DNA from: Pristiophorus japonicus
Lineage: Eukaryota
Direction: 5' to 3'
Assembly (NCBI RefSeq): GCF_044704955.1
Contig: NC_091999.1
Location: forward strand, 62,000,001 to 62,064,000
Length of the DNA: 64,000 nucleotides
Shown: in pieces, positions 39,462-50,539 of the stretch
Layout of the letters: every line of letters begins with the position of its first letter
How positions within the stretch are numbered: position 1 is the first letter of the stretch
Made by a program: the position numbers and the translations under genes
The notes under the pieces: generated by a model
The model's input: only the letters and a program-made list of their open reading frames with translations
Databases searched by the model: none
Told to the model about the DNA's origin: nothing

Positions 39462-39643
39462 TGTTTGGCGATGGACTACTAACCAAAAATCACCAGTTTT
39501 TCCTGAAAGAAAGATAAAATCATCAGCCTTTCCTGGAAGAACGAAAAAGAGCCGGTTAACCATCACCGAGTCAGAGGTGTGCAGCAGCACAATCTACTGC
39601 GAGGTTTGACGTGGTGTGTCGTTCTAGGCCATCACAATGCTAG
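39462..39643 (+). pseudogene. ighm: IgM CH1 exon remnant
   Basis: CLAMDY*PKITSFS*KKDK, duplicated IISLSWKNEKEP, internal deletion, LTITESEVCSSTIYCEV*RGVSF*AITML, donor G|GTTAGT at 39643; 5' end replaced by CR1-like sequence. Confidence 0.88.
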
Positions 39644-39722
39644 GTTAGTGATGTGGGATACAGGGCAAACTGTGATAAGATGAGAAGGTATGTTCAACTT
39701 GGACAGAAATTTGGTTAGACGA

Positions 39723-40129
39723 CACTTAGAGTGCTGTGTACAGTTCTGGTCTCCATATTACACTTGGAATGCTGTGTACAGTTCTGTTCTCCATATCACA
39801 CTTAGAGTACTGTGTATAGTTCTGGTCTCCCTATCGCACTTATAATACTGTGCACCGTTCTGGTCTCCCATATCACAATTAAAATACTGTGTATAGTTCT
39901 GGTCTCCCTATCATACTTTAAATATTATGCACAGTTATGGTTTCCATATCACATTTAGAATACTGTCCACAGTTCAGGTCTCCATATCATACTAAGAATA
40001 TTGTTTACAGTTTTGGTCTCCTAATCACTCTTGGAATACCGTGTAACGTTCTGGTCTCCAGATCATACTAAGAATATTATGCACAGTTCCGGTCTTCAGA
40101 TCACACTGAGAAGACTATGCACAGTTCTG
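39723..40129. repeat. 38-bp minisatellite (~10.5 copies) derived from CR1 ORF2 sequence
   Basis: Unit CACTTAGAGTACTGTGTACAGTTCTGGTCTCCATATCA matches the CR1 HLEYCVQFWSP coding motif. Confidence 0.9.
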
Positions 40130-40252
40130 CTCTCTGTAAATGCCAGGTTAGTGTTAGTCTGACAGCGAAGAACCTGTTAAAATATAAGGACACTTTGCAT
40201 TTCTTAATGATTGATTTTGCAAGCATTGTCAATAATTTGTCTTCTCTTGAAG

Positions 40253-40570
40253 ATCCTGAACGCGACATCATCCCTCCAACTGTTCTCCTCACGCTGAGTT
40301 CTACTGAACAAATCACCAGCAGCAGATATGCAAGCGCCGTGTGTTCAATCATCGATTTCCGGCCAAAGTCACTGACCGTGAATTGGTTGGAGAGTGGACA
40401 ACTCCTAGATTCGGGCTCCGTCACCTCTCCCGTATTTGAGGTGAACGGGAACTTCTCGGCGGCCAGTCGGCTGACAGTCCCCGCCGAGAAATGGTTCACC
40501 GGCTCGGTCTACACCTGCCAGGTCACTCATGAAGGGGTCACGCAAAGCCGTAACTTCATCAGATCTCCGG
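40253..40570 (+). CDS. ighm: IgM CH2 exon (open frame, part of the pseudogene)
   Basis: Acceptor TTGAAG|, donor G|GTAAG; PPTVLLT..VCSIIDF..VNWL..SRLTVP..WF..YTCQVTH Ig C1-set domain. Confidence 0.95.
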
Positions 40571-40759
40571 GTAAGAGGTACAATCCCAGGAGGTTACAGA
40601 CCATTCTGAGCGTTGATCTCAGTCAGGACTTTTATTGAAATTAGTAAAAAGCACCGAACTGTTCCTAATTTCCAATCATGCAGTTTGTGTATTATTGTGA
40701 TTACAAACTTGCCTAGAAACAGCGCCTTCAGCTACCTTAGTCTGAACCAAATCGCTTGC

Positions 40760-41130
40760 CAGCCAATGAATTAATTTGTGAAATGTGATCACAGTTGTAA
40801 TGTACAACGTGCAGCAATCATTTAGTGCACAGCAATCTCCCACAAACAGCAGTGTGATAATGACCAGATTATATTTTGCTTAGTGGTGTTTTTTGAGCTA
40901 TAAATATTCCCAGGCCACCAGGGAGAACTCCTCGGCTTTTCATTGAAATAATTCCAGGGGAACGTTTACGTCCACCTGAGGCCAGACGGATCCTCGGTTT
41001 AACACGTGATCCGAAAGACGGCACCTCCGATAGTGCACCACGCCCCCAGTACTGCACTGGGAATCTCAGCTTACATTTTGTGATCAAGTATCTGGAGTGG
41101 GACTTCAACCCACGATCTTCTGGTTCAGGA
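40760..41130 (-). mobile_element. DeuSINE-like (SacSINE1/AmnSINE1 family) SINE in the CH2-CH3 intron
   Basis: CTCGGTTTAAC..ATCCGAAAGACGGCACCTCCGA..CAGTACTGCACTGG..GGAGTGGGACTTCAACCCAC matches the remembered family consensus; fragments also at ~31640-31850, ~35070-35270 and ~54265-54352. Confidence 0.7.
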
Positions 41131-42536
41131 TTCCTCATTGTTCAGGATTTAATAAACTCGCCAACGAAGCTTTCCCCCTGCTCTGATTTCAGGCAGTGAG
41201 TAACGTGCCCTTATTCTCAGGTTTATCCTGAGTTGGCTGATCATATACGGAGTGGCAGTCGGAGTCTGGAACCCTTTACTGCTAACTGTCCAGGAACCCA
41301 CTGTTGGAATGGGCATCTACCCTATTCAGAGCGCTGAGTCCAATTCTGGGCTCCGCACCTCAGGAAGGATATACTGGTCATGGAGGCGATAAAGTTCAGG
41401 TTTACCCGAATTATACCGGGACTAATAAAATAAAATGATGAGGAGACGAGTAGAGAATATTAAGAGGTGATACAATTGAGGTGTTCAAGTAGATAAATAC
41501 AATTAATCAAGTAGATGTAGAACAATTATTTCCTTTGTTGGAAAAGTCCAGTACAAATAGCAGAATCTTAAAGTTAGAGCTGGATCGTGCAGAAGTGATG
41601 TCAGGAAGGATTTCTTCACAGAAAGTCTGGATTTCCCTCCCCAAAAGCTGCTGAAGCTTGGTTTCAATTGAAAAGTTGAAAAGTGAGATTGATAGATTTT
41701 TGTTAGGCAAGATTATCAAGGGTTACAGAACCAAGGCGTGAAGATGGTGTTGAGTGTAGATCAGCCCTGATATAACTGGATGGCGGGAGAGGATAGATGG
41801 GATGAATGGCCTCCTCCTGTTCCTATGTTGCTATTAATGCCCTGAGGTCATATTTAACTCTGACTCTCTCTCACCAGACATGATAAATGTTCAGTAATGA
41901 CAGAAATTAACAAACTACCTCACATCATTAAAAATGATGCCCCACCACAAAAGACCCTTTGGAACTCCATTCTCCGGACCTTGCACTTCTCCTCTGACGG
42001 GGGCTGTGACTGGTTCCTGCACATTTTCACCGCAATAAAGATCACAGCAAGTGACCAGAAACTTAGCTTTGTTTCCTGTTGTCCCATAAATCCTGAAATT
42101 AAATTGACACTTGTTTCGAACGAGAGTAATGCTGGTGTAGACCTCTTGACCTTCGGGCTATTTGGGCTTCACTATTACAACCAGCGGAGATGCGTTTGGA
42201 TGCAAGGATCTATAGATGGGTATAAAGGAGCAAGGGATTTCAGGAAGAGCGCTATTCAGTGCCTAACACAATTGCACCACAATGTATTCCCGTTTTACGC
42301 TGGTTATTTGCTTCACAGCCAATTACAGGTGACTCTGGCAGCAAATACACAGGAAATGTTACAGATCTCCCCGAATCGTTGCCAATTCATTGTCCTTCCA
42401 ATAACGTCGGTGTTAAAGCAACAGCGAGAGGTTGCTATCTCAAAAGTGATTTAGCCCCCTTGAACGAGTTAAGGCTAAATATTGTGTCCTGATTCTGAAG
42501 ATGCAGCTTTTCCTGACTTTCATTCCTGTTTTGCAG

Positions 42537-42834
42537 TGGATGTCCCATGCAGCGATTCAAAAATCACAGTCACTGGCACAGGACTTACGGGAGGCGACGG
42601 TGACCTTAACCTGCGTCGTGTCTGACGCTCCTTATGGGCTCACCGTTACCTGGACCAGACAAAAGGAGGCTTTGAAATCAGAGATTGCCGTCCAACCCGG
42701 TGAGGATCCCAACATAGTGATCAGCAACTTAAACATCTCGACACAAGACTCGCTGAGTGGGGATAAGTTCTGCTGCGTGGTGAGCCAGCAGGATATGCCG
42801 ACTCCTATCAGAGATTCTATCCACAAGGAAAAGG
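42537..42834 (+). pseudogene. ighm: IgM CH3 exon, frameshifted
   Basis: Acceptor TTGCAG|, donor G|GTGAG, length 298 nt (3n+1). [12 protein letters not shown] is out of frame with [28 protein letters not shown]; spliced frame stops at 42623-42625. Confidence 0.93.
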
Positions 42835-43714
42835 GTGAGCGGGGAGACTGTTGCAATAAGTCAGACACTGTGAATATTTCCGGTGCATGTTCAAGGGCCA
42901 ATTCATTACATAAAGTGCTTAATGGCTACTCTGATCATTCAGTTTGGTAATCCCACTCTTTGACCTGAGGTTATGTATTTTAGGGAAACTGGATAAGTCC
43001 ATGAGCGATAAAGGAATAGAAGGGTATGTTATTAGCGTTAGATGAACTGAGTCAGGTTGAGGCTTGTATGGAGCATAAACACAGGCATAGACCGGTTGGC
43101 CAAATCGCCTTGATCTGTGCAGTAAATTCAAGTCTAACCCTTCAAGATTTCAGAGAGAAAGATTATGTTCACTCTGCTGCGGGATGGTAAACCAGAGAGG
43201 CCCCAGAGGGGAAATAATAAAGCGTTAAATGTCAACGAAGAGCATATTTCTCTGACGTGTAACTACGGGACATTGGCGAATTTAAACGGAGAAGGCGAGT
43301 TGGTGGTGGTGGTCTCACAGGCCACCCGGGAGAAGAGGAGGATTGAAATCCGAGTGAGGAGCTCTCGGATCGCGGGGGGTGGGTTAGGCAGGGACCCTGG
43401 ATCCAGGAGGGAGGTGTAAGGGCAATAACCACCTGGGTGCAGCTGTAACTGCTGGGATTTACACAGTATGTCAAGCCGGACCAGCTACAGTTAAAAACCG
43501 AATAGAGGTTAAAATAGAGGATTCCAGCCTCCTATAAATATATTATTCAAATAAAATATTGCAACCAGGAGTGGTCGCGTTGATGTCGGGATCCCGATTT
43601 TTACCAATTTAATCACCCTCACAACCTCAACACGCCTGTTTTATTAGATTAAAACTCCCACCATTTTCTCTGGAACTGTCCAGTTCATTGGCCTTTATTG
43701 TAACTGTTCTACAG

Positions 43715-44097
43715 CGAAAGATCCATGGGAAGCAGCCGTGTCTGTCCTCCTGCCCTCGGCAGAAGAAGTCTCTGCTCAGAGGTTGGTCAGCCTCACCTGC
43801 TTAGTGAGAGGTTTCTCCCCCCGAGAGATCTTCGTCAAATGGACCGTCAAGGACAAGCCGGTCAACTACAAGAACACTGAGGTGATGGCGGAGAATGGCA
43901 GCAGATCATTCTTTGTGTACAGCCTGCTATCCATTGCAGCCAACGAGTGGGCCAGCGGCGCCTCTTACTCCTGTGTGGTTGGACATGAAGCGATCTCCTT
44001 GAAGATCACCAACAGAACCGTCAATAAATCCAGAGGTAAACCCAGTTTTGTGAATATTTCCCTTGTTCTGATGGACAACATCAATTCTTATCAATGA
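43715..44097 (+). CDS. ighm: IgM CH4 exon plus secretory tailpiece (open frame, part of the pseudogene)
   Basis: Acceptor CTACAG|; [47 protein letters not shown]; internal membrane-form donor G|GTAAA after 44035. Confidence 0.96.
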
Positions 44098-44125
44098 GAA
44101 TCTCTCGATTGCCTTTCAGTTCTTA

Positions 44126-44141
44126 AATAAAAAACAATAAA
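44126..44141 (+). terminator. Secretory-form polyadenylation signals (two AATAAA)
   Basis: AATAAA at 44126-44131 and 44136-44141, ~30 nt after the tailpiece stop. Confidence 0.75.
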
Positions 44142-44534
44142 GGCCTTTTCTTCCAATCGTGAGTTACACACACAGCCGCTCAATTAATATTGTTTCCTAT
44201 TTTAGCCAAGCGGCGGGCTGTTAATCTGAAGCAGAATATTTGTCGGACTTGTGGCCAAAGCTGGTACATTCAGCGCTCTCAGCTCATATATAGGTTGGAG
44301 ACAAAGAGAAGCTCTTTAATGACAGGATACCTCAAAGTCATTTCAGCAACTTTCGTCCCACTGGGAGAATCTGCATAGTTCTATTTCCCGATAAACAAAT
44401 GCTGTACATTTATATCTCGGTGCCCTTGTTTCTCGTGTTGTCCATCCCTTCAGATTTGGGGCCAGTTTTATTTGGCAGCATCGCACACTCTGGGATCTGA
44501 AATGAGGTCCACACACGAACACGAACTGTATCTC

Positions 44535-45530
44535 CCATCGCCCCACCAGAGAGAGATGAAATCGCAATTGTTATACCCCTGTACCTCCCACTACCCCACC
44601 AGAGAGGTGAAAGGGCAATTCTGAACCAACTGTACCTCCCACTGCACTACCAGAGAGAGATGAAAGGGCAATTATTCACCCACTGTAACGCCATTGCCGT
44701 ACCAAAGAGTGGTGAAATGGCAATTCTGAACCCACTGTACTTCCCACTGCCCCACCAGAGTGAGGGGAAACGGCAATTGTTAATCCACTGTAACCTCACT
44801 CCGTCTCTGCAAGATTCTACAAGTTCCCTGGCAGGACAGACGCGCCAACATTAGCGTCCTTGTCCAGGCCAACATCCCAGCAGCGAAGCACTGACCACAC
44901 TTGATCAGCTGCTCTGGGCCGGCCACATTGTCTGCACACCAGACACTAGACTCCCAAAGCAAGCGCTCTACTCGGAACTCGTCCATGGCAAATGAGCCAA
45001 AGGTGGGCAGGGGAAACGTTACAAGCGACCTCAAAGCCTCCTGATAAAGTGCGACATACCCACTGACACTTGAGAGTCCCTGGCCAAAGACCGCCCTAAA
45101 TGGAGGAAGTACATCCGGGAGGGCGCTGAGCCCCTCGTCTCTCGTCGCCAAGAGCATTCAGACATCAAGCGCAGGCAGTGGAAGGAACGTGCGGCAAACC
45201 TGTAAAATCTTCCCCTTCCCGCAACCACGGTCTTTCCCACCTGTGACAGAGACTGTGGTTCCCTATTGGACTGAACAGCCACCTAAGAAATCATGCTAAG
45301 AGTGGAAGTAGTCTTCCTTGATTGCGAGGGACTGCCTATGATGATGTAAACCCTCTTCCCCACCAGAGAGAGGGGAAAGGGCAATTGTTAACTTACTGTC
45401 CCGCCCACTACCCCAGCATAGTGAGGGGAATCTGCAATTGTTAACCCAATGTATCCGACTTCCGCACAAGCGAGAGGGCAAAGGGCAATTGTTAACTCAT
45501 TGTACCCCTCAATGCCACCAGAGAGAGATG
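44535..45530. repeat. ~55-60-bp minisatellite (CCCCACCAGAGAG..GAAAGGGCAATT..) interrupted by an RTE fragment
   Basis: Units on both sides of 44800-45347. Confidence 0.85.
44800..45347 (+). mobile_element. RTE-type LINE, 5'-truncated
   Basis: Degraded WQD..QL.WAGH..PKQ.LYSEL RTE-like motifs; 3' end GGGACTGCCTATGATGATG. Confidence 0.8.
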
Positions 45531-45654
45531 CTCATCGATTGAGTTGTTGTATTCCGTCGGCTGATGTCACATTGTGTCTCACACTGAACACATTTACACA
45601 GAGCGAGGAAGAATGCGTGTAAACGTTAGTAGTGTATGTTTTTGTGGAAGTTCA

Positions 45655-46280
45655 CACTTACACATAAACACAACACGGACTTACACATAAACACACAGCG
45701 ACTTACACATAAACACACACATTGACACACTGACACAAGATATTACGCATACCCAGAATATAATACACACTGTCATTGTCAGAACCACAGCACCATTAAT
45801 ATGACAGCAAAAATAAACACACCCTTTAATAAAACAGAAGCATGAACACACACACACACACACACAAACACACACACTTAAACTCGCATAAACACATATT
45901 CAACACAAACTAACTAACGGATAACACACACACACATTTACATGCGAACATACACAGTTACACATAAATGCACACATTCTTACCCATAAACATACACAAC
46001 ACTTACACATATCCATACACAAACACATTAAAACACATACATGAACGTACTTACAAAGAACACACATATTTAAGCATAACCACAAAAAATTGCATATATA
46101 CACACAAAGGCTTACATGTAAACATACACAAACTTACAAAAAATCACAAACACTTACACATAAATATACATATATGGAATGACACATTAAAACATTCAAA
46201 CTTACATATCAATACACATCAACGCACAAACACAGACAACACCAAAAGAAGAGATCGTCATACACACATACACAAACACT
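45655..46280. repeat. Degenerate (CA)-rich low-complexity tract
   Basis: Directly visible, in the CH4-TM1 intron. Confidence 0.9.
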
Positions 46281-46920
46281 AAAGTGCAAAAAATACGTCA
46301 GGTAACAGACGAACATAGAATTAAAATAAATTCTTTGAACAGACAGTCTGCAACGATTGTATTAAATAAATCATTTCTGATACCATAATATCTTACATTC
46401 CTATATTCTGGTCCTGCACACAAACTGAATCAAAGTTCTTAGTTGGAAACTCATGCAAATTAATTATGTTCAGAACCTTGACTACCACAAATTAATCCAG
46501 ATTATAACTCACATCTGATGTCTTACCCTGTCCCTTTGACAGCCTCCGAATAATTAGCTATCTGAAGCTATTGTTAAATTAATCGATATCATTCAGTATA
46601 GTTCCCTCGATATTACATCATACTATTCCCGAATGGTAAATCCTATGGAATTGATGCAAAATCAATTAGCCTGTAACATTGAAGGAAAACTGTCATATTT
46701 TCCAAAACCGACTATAGAAGGATCATAAAGAAGGAACGACTGTGGAATTAGGAACACAGATAGATTAGTGAGCGTGATTAACTTAACACAGGGCATACAT
46801 TGAACATTAAAATAGAGAACAAACTAACACCTTAAAGAAAGAAAATAGAATACGTAATAATAAGATGAGATCTTGGATTAACAAACGATCTGAATATATT
46901 TCCTTCCCTACATCCCGTAG

Positions 46921-47048
46921 ATTCCTCAGACCACATCTGGAGTGAAGAGTGTGAGGACGAGAGCAGCAACATCTGGACAACCGCTTCCACATTCATCATC
47001 TTGTTCTTCCTGAGCATTTCTTACAGCGCTGCCATCACTCTGGTGAAG
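46921..47048 (+). CDS. ighm: IgM transmembrane exon TM1
   Basis: Acceptor CCGTAG|, DSSDHIWSEECEDESSNIWTTASTFIILFFLSISYSAAITLVK, donor |GTGAG; conserved antigen-receptor TM motif. Confidence 0.95.
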
Positions 47049-47186
47049 GTGAGAAGATTCAATGCACTCAGTTCGAGTTGATTGAAGAGGTTTGACAAAT
47101 CTCTAAATGTTTCATTGATAACAACCCTGAAATTAATGCGCCAAATCACTAAAACGCTGCTTCAAACTTTTATCCCTCTTTAACAG

Positions 47187-47195
47187 GTCAAGTGA
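47187..47195 (+). CDS. ighm: IgM TM2 exon (VK*)
   Basis: TTTAACAG|GTCAAGTGA gives the KVK tail; AATAAA at 47254-47259 and 47605-47610. Confidence 0.9.
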   Translation, partial: VK

Positions 47196-47777
47196 TTGAC
47201 TGAATTTCGGCCGCTGTGGATTTTTCTCCTCTGGTTGTTAACTGTGTCTTGAAAATAAATTATGTCCTCTTGGTGATTCCCGGAGTCAATTGCCTTCAAC
47301 TTTTTCATTTCTCTGTTTGAAATGTGTGAGATAACCGTGGCTATAATGTAAATGTATCTCGGAGTTAAACAATTGTTTGAATATCTCATGTGTACATAAG
47401 TCATTTTGTCATTCATGATTCACAATTATTCCCTTCCCTTGGTGTTGAACATCTGTTTCTCTCCCTGATGTCTGTTAGAGTTGTACAGATAGCTGGCAGC
47501 TCAGACCGACTGTGTTCTGGTATTAATGTGACGCTCATTTGTTATATTCAATTTGTGTGAACTTTTGAAAACCTTCTCTGTAAATTGTTCTCTGTGAAAT
47601 TGTTAATAAAACTGCAATGGCAAATGGAATAAATTGGACTTTGCTGAACTCCTTACTCCAAGGCTCCTTCACATGTTCTATTTCCCTATCACATGTTGTT
47701 TTATTTCCATGAAATTTATTCTTCCCGCGTCCTATCCTGTTTGTGTTTGAATCCAAGTCCCTTCGGTTAAGGAGCCA

Positions 47778-47793
47778 CTGCGCCACCTAGTGT
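47778..47793 (-). promoter_or_regulatory. CTCF-like binding motif 3' of the IgM gene
   Basis: Minus strand ACACTAGGTGGCGCAG matches 13 of 14 positions of CCASYAGRKGGCRS. Confidence 0.65.
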
Positions 47794-47967
47794 CCCATCA
47801 GAGTGAAGGCACATTTTCCCCTGTCTTGTTGCATCATGCACCAGAGGCGGAATGACTGCACAGCGACCAGGCGGTCTCCTCTAATATTATGGTCTTTCAC
47901 GTGCCAGGTTATATTAAAGAGCAGGCCTCTGATGCACCAAAGTCCGATACAGTATAGTATGCGTCAG

Positions 47968-48277
47968 AGCAAATCTCCCTCTACTGTCCGAACAAACACT
48001 CTCAGGGCAGGTACAACACGGGTTAGATACAGAGTAAAGCTCCCTCTGCACTGTCCCATCAGAACTCCCAGGGCAGGTGCAGTACGGGTTAGATACAGAG
48101 AACAGCTCCATCTACACTTGCACTCCATACCCTCCCAGGGCAGGTACAGCACGGGTTTAATATAGAATAAATCTCCCTCTACACCGTCCCATCAAACACA
48201 CCCAGGGCAGGAGCAGCACGGGTTAAATACAGATTAAAGCTCACTCGATACTGTCCCATCAAACACTTCCAGACACA
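47968..48277 (-). repeat. ~67-bp satellite, ~4.5 copies
   Basis: CAGGGCAGG recurs at 48003, 48069, 48136 and 48203. Confidence 0.92.
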
Positions 48278-48711
48278 CTAGGGAGCACAAACTCTTGGAA
48301 TGATTCCCAAAGACTGGGGCCTAACTGACACACAGACAGGCGCTCCAATGTTTCTGTTATATACATACAGAAAGCCAAGAAAGAGACGACAGGTGGAGAG
48401 ACTTTTTTTGACAGAGAGGAGATGAGGGTTCACGCTGCATCTGCAGGTACATTTGGAGCTTTGTGCCCGTTGGGCACCTACATACAGAATGTGTGATGCA
48501 CGGGCAATATCAATTTCTGATGTAAAATCATTGTCGTTTTGTTCTGCCCAAATATACGATTGACATCCTCCTCTCTGGGAGGGCATTCGTAGAATGTAAG
48601 TTTTGTTTTCGATTCAACTCTTTAAAGGTGACCTGAATGCATATGGTCCACACAGACAGAAATGAGTACGGTAATCACTGCCAGCCGTTCTCCTTTATGA
48701 GGAACATACAT

Positions 48712-49520
48712 AAAAACATAAGAATATAAGAAATTGGAACAGGAGTAGGCCATACTGCATCTCGAGCCTGCTCCGCCATTCAATAATATCATGGCTGATA
48801 TGATAATGTCCTGAGCTCCACTTCCCTGCATGCTCCCCATAGCCCCTTATCGTTTAAAAAACTGTCTATTTCTATCATATGGTTATTCAATGTCCCAGCT
48901 TCCACGGCTCTCTGAGGCAGCGAAGTCCACAGATTTACAACCCTCTTAGAGAGGAAATTTCTCCTCATCTCTTTTTTAATTGGGCAGCCCCATATTTTAA
49001 GATCATGCCCTCTAATTCTAATCTCCCCCATCAGTGCAAACATCCTCTCTGCATCCACCTTGTCAAGCCCCCTCATAATCTGATACATTTCGATAAGATC
49101 ACATCTCATTGATCTGAATTCCAATGAGTCGAGGCCCAAACTACTCAACCTTTCCTCATAAGTCAACCCCCTCATCTCCGGAATCATCCGAGTGAACCTT
49201 CTCTGAACTGCCTCCAAAGCAAGTATATCCTTTCATAAATATGTAAACCAAAACCGCACACAGTTCCAGCTGTGGCCTCCCCAATATCCTGTATAACTGT
49301 AGCAAGACTTCCCTGCTTTTATACTCCATCCCCTTCACAATAATGGCCAAGATACCAATGGCCTTCCTGATCACTCGCTGTACCTGCATATCATCCTTTT
49401 CTGTTTCATGCACAAGTACCCCCAGGTCCCGCTGAACTGTGGCACTTTGCAATCTTTTTCCATTTAAATAATAACTGGCTCTTTGATTTTTTTCTGCCAA
49501 AGTGCATGATCTCAAATTAA
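48712..49520 (-). mobile_element. CR1 LINE 3' fragment
   Basis: ORFs 48789..49217 and 49156..49524; AACATAAGAA tail. Confidence 0.9.
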
Positions 49521-49554
49521 ACACGACCCGCTGTCACTTCTTCCCCGGACTGCC

Positions 49555-49825
49555 TTTCTGTCTGCTCTGCACTATTCCCTCTGATACCATCTCACTTAAC
49601 TCACTGAACATCAACCACGGATTTGTTCTCACTGCTCTGCTCCATTCCTTCTGATACCATCTCCCTGAACTCACTGAACATCTTCCTAGGGATCCTGCCT
49701 CCCTGCTCTGCTTCATTCCCTTTGATACCATTCGCTGAACTCACTGAACATCACCCTGGAGATCCTGTCTTCCTGCTCTGCGCCATTCCTTCTGATACTA
49801 TCAACGTGAAATCAGTGAACAAATC
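49555..49825. repeat. ~70-bp minisatellite, ~4 copies
   Basis: CTGCTCTGC recurs at 49562, 49632, 49703 and 49773. Confidence 0.9.
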
Positions 49826-50500
49826 CTACGGATACGGCAGTAACCTTCGAAGAAACAGCCAATCACTGTGCTATGATGTATGCGAGGAATTATGGCGTCA
49901 TCCACGGAATCCAGGTACGCAACTCAGTTGAAGTTAGTACCAGGGACACATATATTTCCTGATGTTTGATTTCTGATTTAAGCAAATTGGAAAAGGAGCC
50001 TGAGGTGAAAAGGGCCGAATTTATTGATGCAGTTATGATCAGGAATATACTACGTGAAAGAGTGGGGGGAAAGACTTAATATTAACTTTCAAAAGGGAAT
50101 TAGTTAAATATCTAAAGGGAGAAAATTGCAGGGCTTTCAGAAAAGATTGGGACTAATACAATAGCTCTTTCAAAGTGCCAGCACAGGCTTAATATTCTGA
50201 TTCTAGATCCGAGGTGATGCCAGCGAATGTTGTCATGCTGTTCTCACAATTAACTTTAGCTGCAACCAGTTGGCATCTGCTTCGTGTATGTCGCTAAGAT
50301 ACTCAACCTGCCCAATTGATTGGCTCTGCAGGACATTTCCCCGAGTATCAAGAAATCAGTTTATTGTGAGCCCTTCATACAGGAGACTGTCCTTTGGGTC
50401 CATCTCAGTGTGTGTCGGCTCACAGGAACCAATGTGGCAGGATCTGCCCGCCGTTATATACGACTTCAGCAGTCGGAGCCAAGATCTACAAAGTGGCGGG

Positions 50501-50539
50501 AGGTTCTGTACGAGGGTTGAACTGAGTTCCATCACTGTG
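50501..50539 (-). promoter_or_regulatory. Recombination signal sequence with 23-bp spacer
   Basis: Minus strand CACAGTG (50539-50533), 23 nt (50532-50510), ACAGAACCT (50509-50501; 6/9 to ACAAAAACC), abutting a V-like coding end. Confidence 0.85.

Larger units (their letters stand above)
39462..47195 (+). pseudogene. ighm: Immunoglobulin mu (IgM) heavy-chain constant-region pseudogene, shark type; no leader, V, D or J seen upstream
   Basis: CH1 remnant, CH2, CH3, CH4+secretory tail, TM1 and TM2 in order with AG/GT sites; closely resembles horn/nurse shark IgM C region as remembered; CH1 has stops, CH3 is frameshifted. Confidence 0.95.

Noticed and set aside
40253-44097. Assignment of the Ig exons to IgW or IgNAR
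   Set aside because: Four CH domains, [10 protein letters not shown] tail and DSSDHIW/KVK membrane exons fit shark IgM.
44535-45530. CCACCAGAGAG repeats as a CTCF array
   Set aside because: They lack the GGC core of the motif.
49864-49870. CACTGTG heptamer
   Set aside because: No nonamer at 12 or 23 nt and no coding segment.
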